Source of the DNA: Candidatus Marinacidobacterales bacterium
GTDB taxonomy: Bacteria > Acidobacteriota > Vicinamibacteria > Marinacidobacterales > SMYC01
Assembly: GCA_965237955.1 (NCBI GenBank)
Contig: OZ250169.1
Span: 6,016,001 to 6,080,000 of the forward strand
Length of the DNA: 64,000 bases
Reading direction: 5' to 3'
In this document: in pieces, positions 20,571 through 29,124 of the stretch
How positions within the stretch are numbered: position 1 is the first letter of the stretch
Layout of the letters: every line of letters begins with the position of its first letter
The notes under the pieces: generated by a model
What the model saw: the letters and a program-made list of their open reading frames with translations, nothing else
Database searches by the model: none
What the model was told of the DNA's origin: nothing
Made by a program: the position numbers and the translations under genes

Positions 20571-20705
20571 ATCTGGCCGCCGGGCGCTCGATTGCACGTC
20601 CCTGAATTCAGGTCGACCGAGCGTCGCGTTCGAGCTCGCTTCCGGCACGCTGGTCGTAGAAATCTTCCACTATCGTCTACTCGAGGATGCCGCCGGGAAA
20701 TGTCG

Positions 20706-21329
20706 TCAACGACGAGTGGTGCGTGGTGGAGGATCCCGCTCGAGCGTCTGGCGACCAGCGTTCGTCTCATTGCTCGGGCTGGCGACGACCGACGCGCCCC
20801 AGCTTTGCATCATCGACCGGCGGTAGGGTTTCTGCTCGTAGCTCACCTTCACCATGTAGACTTTGCATTCCAGGTCGAAGAAGTTGCACGAGAACGCGAG
20901 CGCACTTCCCCATTGCCCGGCCCCGGTCTCCGTGGTCAGACGAGCGACGCCTTCCTGCTGGTTGTAATACGCCTGAGCCACCGCCGTGTTCGGCTTGTGA
21001 CTCCGGCGGCGCTCACACCTTCGTACTTGTAGTAGATGCGCGCAGGCGTCTCGAGAGCTTTCTCCAGACGTCTCGCACGGTACAACGGTGTCGGCCTCCA
21101 CTGGCGGTAGACATCGAGAACCGGACCGGGAACGTCGATGTAGCGTTCGGTCGAGACCTCCTGTTCGATGAGCGCCATCGGAAACAGAGGCGCGAGGTCG
21201 CTGGGACCAAGGGGCTCTCCCGTTCCTGGATTGAAGCATTGGCTTGACGGGGTCGGGGAGATCGGCCTGGATGTTGTACCAGGCCGTGGGAATATCTTTC
21301 TCAGTCAGCAAAAAATTCGTAGGTTCCAC
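20706..21329 (-). pseudogene. TrpB-like (TrpB2) PLP enzyme, 3'-truncated and frameshifted
   Basis: EKDIPTAWYNIQADLP, WRPTPLYRARRLEKAL, IYYKYEGVS, SHKPNTAVAQAYYN, TETGAGQWGSAL across frames; ends after about 200 codons. Confidence 0.85.
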
Positions 21330-21384
21330 GGCGACCTCCAGGCGTTTTGTTCCTTATAGTTCCGGACCGTGGATTTCGTAAGCG

Positions 21385-21510
21385 TTCTACGTTATATAGC
21401 TGCTTGCCGACGATGGCGCCGCGATAGTCGACGATCATTGAGTTGCCTCCTCCGGCGTCGATCGGTATTTCCTCTTCCGGATCGACCGCATTGTAAGGAT
21501 CGATCATGAT
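21385..21510 (-). pseudogene. nitrilase/carbon-nitrogen hydrolase-like fragment
   Basis: PIDAGGGNSMIVDYRGAIVG resembles the C-terminal G.SMIVD..G.I motif. Confidence 0.45.
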
Positions 21511-21604
21511 AGAAATCTCCGAGCTTTGCCGATTTAGAAAACGCGGCAGTCGAACTCAGAGAGAATGGGTAGGAAAAGCTGAGTCCCACCAGGACGGTGG
21601 AAAT

Positions 21605-21731
21605 GAAAAAGACGAGACCGGAGCTCCCAACCAACTGGAACACCGAATGTGTTCCGTTCCGGTCTCGCCTTTACCCTTTTGAAACGGGCCCCCTCGAAAT
21701 CGGCCCGTTTCGAAACGGATTTCCTGAACAG
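21605..21731 (-). ncRNA. candidate small RNA, copy B
   Basis: Same hairpin order as copy A, with a compensatory G-C to A-T pair in the terminator stem (GAGACCGG/CCGGTCTC) and a TTTTT tail. Confidence 0.55.
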
Positions 21732-21741
21732 CCGAGAGTAG

Positions 21742-21758
21742 TGCAATAGCGATGCCAG
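21742..21758 (-). promoter_or_regulatory. sigma54 (-24/-12) promoter, copy B
   Basis: CTGGCATCGCTATTGCA, exact GG-N10-GC spacing. Confidence 0.7.
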
Positions 21759-21889
21759 AACCGCACCGAGCGACTCCGTCTGGACGGGCTCGGCCACTCC
21801 TCCGCCGAGCGGCGGCGGATTTCGTCGATTGCGTTCAAAACGACACGAATCTCGGTCGGTGGATTGTCGACGCGCTGAATCATGACGAA

Positions 21890-22000
21890 TGTCTCGGACG
21901 GCCAGCGGTTCGTCATGATCGAAGCCGCCGACGAGGACGAGACCTGAATCCGCGTCGTCGTGAACTGGCACGAAGAGCCCGAGCGCCTCATGACCGAATC
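21890..22000 (+). pseudogene. C-terminal remnant of a PD40/TolB-repeat (kinase-associated) protein
   Basis: SDGQRFVMIE....*IRVVVNWHEEPERL matches the common DGQRF..VV.NW.EEL tail; in-frame stop. Confidence 0.5.
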
Positions 22001-22070
22001 CCGCTCACGTTCACGGTGATCTCGAGAAAAGGAGAGATACGGGCTCGACATCTGTACGCCGTGAACGTGC

Positions 22071-23366
22071 CTAGTCTTCCGCATAGTCGGCCGGACTTCG
22101 GAGAGGAAGGCGGATCGTCACCGATGTGCCCCGGCCGGGCTCGCTTTCGACCTCGATACGCCCACCGTGGTCATCGACGATCTTGCGAGCGAGGAACAGG
22201 CCGAATCCCATTCTGACTCGTGATTCCTGCCGGAAAACGAAATCGAATATTTTCCTCACCACCTCCGGCGGCATCCCCGATCCCGTATCGGTGATTCTTA
22301 TCTCGATATCGCTCTTCATCATTTCCGTCGTGATTTTGATGCTCCCCTCGCCTTCGATCGCCTCGATGGCGTTTCGGACCACGTGCATGAACACCTGATT
22401 CATCTGAGCCGAGGCGCAATACAGTGGATCGATCGTGCCATATTCCCGCTCGACAGCGATGCGACTTCCGATCTTCGATTGCAGTAATGCCAGCGCACTC
22501 TCGATCCCCACGTGCACATCGACGGTCTGATAGGTGGCCTGGTCGACACCTGCGAAGCTCATCAAACTGCCGACGATCGTTTCCACGCGATCCGTCGCGG
22601 TGGTGATGGCTTTCGTGGAATCGGAAATGATGTCGAGCACAGCGTCGAGTCCATTCCCCTGCGCGGTTTCTTCGGACACGGTCGCCTTCAGCTTCTTTGC
22701 CGCCTTGAGCACCGTGTCATGCCCAGCGGTGAGCGCACCCAGTGGTGTATTCAGCTCGTGCGCCACGCCCGCTACGAGATTGCCGAGTGACGCCATCCTC
22801 TCTTGCACGAGCATCCGGCACTCCAGCGCCCTCATCTTTTCGGTGTAGCGAAGTCTCTCCTCCATTTCATTTTTGAGCTCTTGCTCCATCTGCATCTGTC
22901 GCATCTTGCCCGAGAACAGATGGGATGCCAGCGAGAGGAACTTCACATCGAGCGCGTTGAAATCGTGGGCCGTCCCGTAGATGAGCACGCTTTGTGTCCG
23001 GTCATGAGCGAACTGGGGACAAACGTACACGCGGGCCACCGATAGTCCCTGAAAGGCCGATGGCAAAGTCGGACGGATCGTGGCAAGTGCGTCGCCTTCG
23101 TAGACGTGCGAGCCCGGTATGTCCAGGATCGCGGGCTCGACATCTCGATCCACTCGAGAAATCGCGGCCTGCCCGCGCTCTCCGTCCACGACCATTCCCG
23201 AGTCCAGGTACCGCCAGCACAGGACATCGCCGATGTACTTCAGCTTCCGGGCGAAGATCTCGGCGGTGGCATCCACGCCGCTCGAGCGATTAAGCTCGTC
23301 GGATAATTCGACGAGCGATTCATAACGGGCTAATCTCGAGAGCTCCTGAAGCGCGGTCATCGGCAC
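22071..23366 (-). CDS. sensor histidine kinase (NtrB-like, cytoplasmic GAF-like N-terminus)
   Basis: ERMASLGNLVAGVAHELNTPLG H-box, NQVFMHVVRNAIEA N-box, DTGSGM G1, GFGL G2, ESEPGRGT. Confidence 0.9.
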   Translation of the reverse strand: MPMTALQELSRLARYESLVELSDELNRSSGVDATAEIFARKLKYIGDVLCWRYLDSGMVVDGERGQAAISRVDRDVEPAILDIPGSHVYEGDALATIRPTLPSAFQGLSVARVYVCPQFAHDRTQSVLIYGTAHDFNALDVKFLSLASHLFSGKMRQMQMEQELKNEMEERLRYTEKMRALECRMLVQERMASLGNLVAGVAHELNTPLGALTAGHDTVLKAAKKLKATVSEETAQGNGLDAVLDIISDSTKAITTATDRVETIVGSLMSFAGVDQATYQTVDVHVGIESALALLQSKIGSRIAVEREYGTIDPLYCASAQMNQVFMHVVRNAIEAIEGEGSIKITTEMMKSDIEIRITDTGSGMPPEVVRKIFDFVFRQESRVRMGFGLFLARKIVDDHGGRIEVESEPGRGTSVTIRLPLRSPADYAED

Positions 23367-23884
23367 TCACCTCCTCGGATGGTGGAAAAGGACGTTCCGG
23401 TGGGATGTCGTAGATGGCGACGATCGTGTTCATCATGACGGCGAAGTCAGCCAGGGCCATCAACTCGTCGATTTCCCACTCCCCGTAGCCCTCGTCCTGC
23501 AGGTCCCGTCACGATCTCGATGGCGACCCAGTAAGATCGCGGCAGTGCTCGAGCGCCTCGCCCTCGGTCAAGCGCATCAGATCCTCGCAGGTGAGGGTTT
23601 TGCAGCTCGAGCGCGGCATGGCCATGGAGAGCAGTGCAGTAGTGGTTGCCCGCGCGAACGGAAATGTTGAAAAGAACGAGCTGCTTGAGCAGCATGGGCA
23701 CGTCGCCGGCGAGCACCGCGTATCTGAGCTTGCCCCACGTGGCTCGAAGAACGTTCTCGTTCACACCGAGCGCTTTGAGAAAGTTCGGGACATCGGGCGC
23801 ACCGGAGACCTTTTTCACTTCGTCGTAGATCGCCCGCACTTGCGGCGATGCCTCGGCATATTCAACAACGCTTCGACGTTTCAT
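23320..23884 (-). pseudogene. carboxymuconolactone decarboxylase/AhpD-family protein, frameshifted with internal deletion
   Basis: EASPQVRAIYDEV..VPNFLKALG..LKQLV..S..NHYCTALH; tail DLQDEGYGEWEIDELMALADFAVMMN lies in another frame and overlaps the kinase start. Confidence 0.7.
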
Positions 23885-23945
23885 GATCGAGCTCCCAGAA
23901 AGGAGAGGCGCAGGCCCGACCGGGACCTGCGCCCTCGTTGAATTC

Positions 23946-24478
23946 CTACTTCTTTCTAAACCGGCTGTCGATGGGAACATGATGTGAGCGTACGGTGTGT
24001 CGGGCCACATGACCCAAGGACCTCCGTTGCGGTGGTCGGTGGACATGTTCTTCAACAGGCTGTGGTCCGGCACGACGATCATCATGTGGGCGTGTAAGTC
24101 AGTGACCCAGTCCTCGGGACCGGTGGCCTCGGTGGCATAGGGGTCCTTGTTACTGACAGGTGTATCGCCGGCCAACATGTAGGCGAAACCCATCTCTGTG
24201 TAGCTCGGCTCCGTCTTGTTGATGTAGGCGTCCAGAAAGTTCATCCACGGCTCGTTGACGCACCAAGGATCGACGCCCGGCGTGTCCGGCCGGTCGGGCA
24301 GACAGGTCCATCCATTGCTGCCTTCGCGAAGCGTGTTCATGTTCCAGTCCTTGATGGTGGCATTGGCAGCGATGGAATCGGGTCCCGCGCTCATCGCGCT
24401 TTCGATGGACTCCTCGTTCGTAGCTGTCAATGCGGTGGCAGACACGAGGGCACAAATTCCGAGAGTGACGATCTTCAT
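23946..24478 (-). CDS. secreted conserved hypothetical protein (3' frameshift)
   Basis: Signal peptide; AMSAGP, LREGSNGWTCLP, YMLAGD..SNKDPYA, GGPWVMWPDTPYAHIM; natural end IDSRFRKK* reached with a 1-nt shift. Confidence 0.7.
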
Positions 24479-24502
24479 TGGTTTCCTCCTTTTCTTGCTG
24501 GA

Positions 24503-25155
24503 TTAGGCGGCGTGCAAAGTGCGGACGGCGTCCTCGGTGGTGAGGACGGCGTTCGCGATGAATCCGAAGTTCGTGAGTGCCGTCGCGTAGCCATCGCCGA
24601 GCTCGGGATGCTTCGCGGCCGCGGTGGCGTCCTTGACGACGGAGACCTCGAAGCCTTGCTCCAAGAGCTCGCGCAGGTGGCTCTCGAGGCACAGATTGGC
24701 CGACATCCCGCAGAGCAGCACTTTGGAGATGCCGCGTTTGCGAAGCTGCAGCACGAGGTCATTGCTCTCGGGCCCGTACACCTTGTGCGGGCTCACGACG
24801 ACGGTCTTGCCGTCCTCGATGTAGGGCTTGTACACCTCGAGCCAATCGGCACCCGACCCCTCGAAGCCCTCGACCGAAAGGGCCCCGGCGCGATCGAACA
24901 TCTTGATCTCGTGCATCAACTTTTCGACGGTGCCGCCGAACTGCCAGCCGCGGTCGGTCGGGTAGTAGTAGTGGGGCGAGACGAAGACCTCGCAGCCGGA
25001 CTGCTTCGCGGCCTTTAAAAGCGCCTCGATGTGCTCGACCGTCCCGTTCTCCTGAACGCTCTCGCCGACGAGGCCCCACGTGACCCCCGAGGGACTGAGA
25101 AAATCGTTCTGTGGATCGGTGATGACGAGCGCGGTTGCCTGCTGTTCGTGTCCAT
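24503..25155 (-). CDS. cysteine hydrolase (isochorismatase family), frameshift just after the start
   Basis: ALVITDPQNDFLS (Asp), PHKVYG (Lys), GMSANLCLESH (Cys); ATG at 25155 with AGGAGG RBS is out of frame. Confidence 0.85.
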
Positions 25156-25306
25156 GACTCTCCTCCTTGGTTTGATTTGCACTCTTGTGCTTTCGACCAT
25201 GGGGATACAGTGCCGGCAACCATGTGCGATAGGGTCCGGATGACGTGCTAAATCGTCTCGATCCAGCCGCTTTGAACCGCAGCCCGTCTTCGAATAGCAT
25301 GGCGGC

Positions 25307-26227
25307 ATGCTGCTGGAGCGCCTCTTCGAGAATTTAGCTCTGTCCGTCGAGCCCTTCGCAACCTGCCGGGTGGCTCCCGGGTGGAGGCTCCGGCTCCCTC
25401 TCCGTGACTGGGTGATTCTTCACTTCGTCTTGCAGGGCGAGGGGGCGCTTCGTTTCGGCACTAACATTAGCGGAGGCGGGGAGGTCCATGGCTTGCCCAG
25501 GAACTGTCTTGCGGTGATGCCCCCGAGCCTTCCGCACGCCGTCGAGTGCGGTTCGGACGTGCGTCACGAGGCCGAAGTCCGGGGCGACGAGACTGGAGCC
25601 CCCCTGTGCGTGCTTGGCGCAGGCCCCGCCGAAGAACTGGGTGTCGTCGTGGCTTGCGGTCGTGTCCAAGTCACCTACGGCGGAGGCCCGGGCCTGTTCG
25701 ACCTGCTTAGAGAGCCCATCGTTCTCGATTTCTCCGACTCGCCATCGATGCGCGCGACCTTCGAGTCTCTGGTCGGCGAGTATCGAGCCGGCGAAGCGGG
25801 CAGCGCCGCCATGATGGCGGCGCTCATGAATCAATGCTTGATCTCCGTCTTCCGGCGTCTGAGCGATCAACCGGACAGCCAGCTGCCGTGGCTCGCGGCG
25901 CTCGACGACCCCAGCCTCGCGCGCGTCCTCGACGACATCCTCGCCCGGCCCGAGCGCCCGCACTCCGTCGACACGCTTGCGGAGCTCGCCCACATGAGCC
26001 GATCGGTCTTCGCACGGCGCTTCCAAGAGTGTTTCGCCTGCACTCCCATGGACTACGTCCGGGACACACGGCTCCGGCGGGCCGCGCAACTATTGCACCG
26101 AGGAGAGCGGTCGGTGAACGACGTCGCGACGCGCGTGGGGTTTGCGAGCCGCAGCCATTTCTCTCGCGCGTTCCAGGCGCACTTTGGTTGCCCGCCTTCG
26201 AAGTTTCGCGTCGCGGACGAAGCGTAG
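25307..26227 (+). CDS. AraC-family regulator with cupin_6 domain (RclR-like)
   Basis: LHFVLQG cupin, VVACG, WLAALDDP, LAELAHMSRSVFARRF and VGFASRSHFSRAF HTHs; divergent from the cysteine hydrolase. Confidence 0.92.
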   Translation: MLLERLFENLALSVEPFATCRVAPGWRLRLPLRDWVILHFVLQGEGALRFGTNISGGGEVHGLPRNCLAVMPPSLPHAVECGSDVRHEAEVRGDETGAPLCVLGAGPAEELGVVVACGRVQVTYGGGPGLFDLLREPIVLDFSDSPSMRATFESLVGEYRAGEAGSAAMMAALMNQCLISVFRRLSDQPDSQLPWLAALDDPSLARVLDDILARPERPHSVDTLAELAHMSRSVFARRFQECFACTPMDYVRDTRLRRAAQLLHRGERSVNDVATRVGFASRSHFSRAFQAHFGCPPSKFRVADEA

Positions 26228-26323
26228 TGGCGTGCGCCATCGCCGGACGACCGTGCAAATAACCCTTGCCGCCATACGGTTGTCGATACGAGTGCCTACA
26301 GGATCGACGTGCGCGCTGGCGAG

Positions 26324-26776
26324 CTACTTTTCGAGTGAGCTGATATCGAGCAATGCGTCTTCGATCGCGATGCGGGTCACCTTCGTACCCTTGGGCACCC
26401 GGAACGAAAAGTTGCAGGTGTAAGCATCTTGCGAGCTCACGTCACGAAACGACTGAGCAGTTTTGTATTCCTTGCCCGCGTCGTCGTAGAGGAGCGGCTT
26501 CGGAATCTCTCCACCCTCGAACGAGGGCAGAACCTTCACGTCGATTTGGATCGTCGCGAACTCGTTGTCTTCGGTCGGCCGGATGACGCCTCTGACGATA
26601 TTTGCGCCGGGGGTACAATCTTGCAGGCTCACCCTGGTGGCACGCTCCACACCTTTCGCCGTCAGTTCCAGTCCCTTGTATGACGTTGAGTCGTCGGCAC
26701 CCGCCATCAACGCGCCACTGACGAGCGTGGCAATCACGAGCGCCAGGAGGCTCAGACGAGAGACACTCATGCTCAT
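26324..26776 (-). CDS. secreted hypothetical protein (Ig-like/DUF4352-like fold possible)
   Basis: Signal peptide, LYDDAGKEY, FSFRVPKG; two Cys. Confidence 0.6.
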   Translation of the reverse strand: MSMSVSRLSLLALVIATLVSGALMAGADDSTSYKGLELTAKGVERATRVSLQDCTPGANIVRGVIRPTEDNEFATIQIDVKVLPSFEGGEIPKPLLYDDAGKEYKTAQSFRDVSSQDAYTCNFSFRVPKGTKVTRIAIEDALLDISSLEK

Positions 26777-26806
26777 GAAACGACCCCCTTCCAAGAAAAT
26801 CCTGCT

Positions 26807-27619
26807 CTACAGTCGTCGATCGGGCTGAATCATCGAGCGCCACATGTGCGTCGACGGCGAGTTGTCCCAACCGAGCCCTTCTTCGGGCTGCTTGAAGTGG
26901 CGAGCGACGATCTCGAGGAACGGTTCGATCGAGACTTTGGCGCTCCGGTCGAACGAGTAGAGGTCGTTCACGGTCACCAGCCTTGGGTACTCGTACCATT
27001 TGTGGTTCCTGACCCAATCGTGCGTCTTCTGGAGATACGGCTCCGGTACGTAGTCTTCGCCGAACGACCGGAAGTAGCTTTCCGGATATTCGTATCCGTA
27101 TTCCGTGTCCGGAAAGAACCGCAGGCACTGATGGTAGCGGATCGCGAACGTCGTTTTCTCGGGAACGTACGGCTCGACGAGCTGCGCGCCCCACCAGCCG
27201 TGATCCGGCCCGATCAATGCGAGGACCACGTCGTGTAGCAGGCACGCCAGGACGATCTCCTCCGGCATCCCGGTGGTGAGCGCCCGGCTCGCGCTCTGGA
27301 GCACGTGGCTCGCCGGCGCGAAACGATACTCAAAAAAGTCCTCAAGCGTCGGCTTCTCCGGCATTGCCGGAAGCGCTTTGAGCTTACCGTCACGCCCCCG
27401 TCTGAAGAGTGCTCCGGTGCCGTTGCGGTAAGGCCGATCGAGATCCGCGTTCTTCGCCTCGAGCTCGGCGACCGTCGGATACTCGGGCTCGTCCGCCGCG
27501 GCGTTGAGCTGCTCTTCCATGTAGTGCTCGAGCGCATCGGCTTTTTGATCCGGTGTCATCAGGGCAACCGCGGCCGCCCCACCAAGACTTTGAAACAAAG
27601 CGCGACGATCAATTTCCAT
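26807..27619 (-). CDS. HD-domain protein with Tat-like N-terminus
   Basis: MEIDRRALFQSLGG; HVLQSA..A, ACLLHD, DHGWWGAQL, RYHQ, DLYSFD. Confidence 0.75.
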   Translation of the reverse strand: MEIDRRALFQSLGGAAAVALMTPDQKADALEHYMEEQLNAAADEPEYPTVAELEAKNADLDRPYRNGTGALFRRGRDGKLKALPAMPEKPTLEDFFEYRFAPASHVLQSASRALTTGMPEEIVLACLLHDVVLALIGPDHGWWGAQLVEPYVPEKTTFAIRYHQCLRFFPDTEYGYEYPESYFRSFGEDYVPEPYLQKTHDWVRNHKWYEYPRLVTVNDLYSFDRSAKVSIEPFLEIVARHFKQPEEGLGWDNSPSTHMWRSMIQPDRRL

Positions 27620-27871
27620 AGCACATCCTCTCGTCCATTGCGGGACAACACCTCGATGCTCCGCCGGCGCCGCCACAGTCGCGCCGGCCACGTTGTCGCC
27701 GAAAGCATATGCCGCGCTTGCCCTGGAGTCAACGACCAGGTATTATCCCCGGCTACGGTTGCCTTTCGCTGGCTCGTCCCGCGACATCACGCTGACTACG
27801 ACCGACTGTTATCCGCACGCCAGCGATTCTCGATGACGCCAGTCCGAGGTGACCTGAATAGGAGGGAATCA

Positions 27872-28531
27872 ATGCGGACTGTTCAAATCCTCGTTATGTC
27901 TTTTATCGCAGCGGTCGGTCTTTCGTGTACGGGTCAGCCCGGGGAACGGGAGCTGACCACCTTCGGAAACGCAGTGCAAGCGGGCGACGAAGCCACGGCC
28001 GCGCAAGTCTCCCTCGTGGAGTTCCCCGGAAAAGTCTCGACGTGGGAGATCGTGACGATCGGTCCGGAGTCGAGCGAGCCGTTTCCGCTCGTCAAGCTTC
28101 TGGAAGAACGAACGGCGATGGTGAAAGAGCTCGAGGCTATGTTCGACGCGAACGATACTTTCATCCAAGACAACGTGGAGTTGTACGACAAGTACAAACC
28201 GCGCAAGGCCAAAGACCCGGACACGAAGTTCACCGGGGAACTGAAAGAGTTCGCCGAAGAGCTCGGTGCTCGGCTGGAGAAGCAGGCGGCTCTAGATCAG
28301 AAGATCAGGGACGCTGGCAAAATCATCGATGCGGTCAAAAAGGCAGCATCTCTTTCGACCAACACCCCGGGGTTGGGCTCGAAATACGAAGGTGATGTCC
28401 TCGAGAAAGAGGCGAAGGTCAAATTCGACAACAAAGACTATACCGTCACGTTGAAGCAGTACGCGCTCATCAACACCGAGCACAACATAAGACCGATGGC
28501 GCGCTGGATCATCACCGATATTCAGGAATAA
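27872..28531 (+). CDS. lipoprotein, hypothetical (coiled-coil)
   Basis: AGGAGG RBS; lipobox VGLSC; helical central region. Confidence 0.75.
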   Translation: MRTVQILVMSFIAAVGLSCTGQPGERELTTFGNAVQAGDEATAAQVSLVEFPGKVSTWEIVTIGPESSEPFPLVKLLEERTAMVKELEAMFDANDTFIQDNVELYDKYKPRKAKDPDTKFTGELKEFAEELGARLEKQAALDQKIRDAGKIIDAVKKAASLSTNTPGLGSKYEGDVLEKEAKVKFDNKDYTVTLKQYALINTEHNIRPMARWIITDIQE

Positions 28532-28539
28532 CGGGCGAC

Positions 28540-28890
28540 AGGTTCGACAAATCCAGCACCAGCGTCTAAAAGGCTTGTCGCTCCCCGAGCGCCTGCGCGC
28601 ATAGGTGGACTCGACCGCGTCGTGGTCTTGATCGAACGCGGCTGTCTCGATGCCCCGCCTGAGCGCTCGCTTTTGTACCTCGAGGGTCGCGAGCGCTCCG
28701 TCTCTCAGCTCACTGAAACACACATTCAATATGGGTAAGAGATGAACGGGATGCGCTCGGGCCGGATGACTTTGTAGACGTCTTCGGTGACGGTGAGCTC
28801 GGCCGCCGCCGCTTCGTGTGGAACCAGCAAACGGGGGTCGTCGAGAATGTACAAAACTTTCGCGATGCGTGCCATCCGCACCCCTGGCGC
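28540..28890 (-). pseudogene. NoeA-like SAM-dependent methyltransferase remnant
   Basis: IRPERIPFISYPY*.CFSELRDGALATLEVQKRAL joined to FDQDHDAVE..Y; internal deletion and stop. Confidence 0.6.
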
Positions 28891-29124
28891 AGGTCTGCTC
28901 GCCACCAGGCAGCGGGCCACGTCCCCTTAATCCCCTTCACGCGGCGCCTTTCGGTATCTCCTGCCCCATGTTATATTCGTCTATACTTAAGCAATCGCAC
29001 GAAGATCCGAGCACACTCTCGGTGACGTCTCTCCAAATGTAATCGAATCGCGTAGGGCCAGGTCTCTCACGAGTGACGAAGCCGCACCCCCAAACACCGC
29101 CCAGCATTTCGCTGCTCGCGCTTT

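Noticed and set aside
20405-21758. CRISPR array or attC cassette array
   Set aside because: Only two long diverged copies 1.2 kb apart; no spacer periodicity and no cas or integron integrase gene
23447-24478. 343-aa fusion of a secreted protein with a CMD domain (ORF track)
   Set aside because: A 1-nt frameshift bypasses the natural stop at 23946; a separate CMD start exists at 23884
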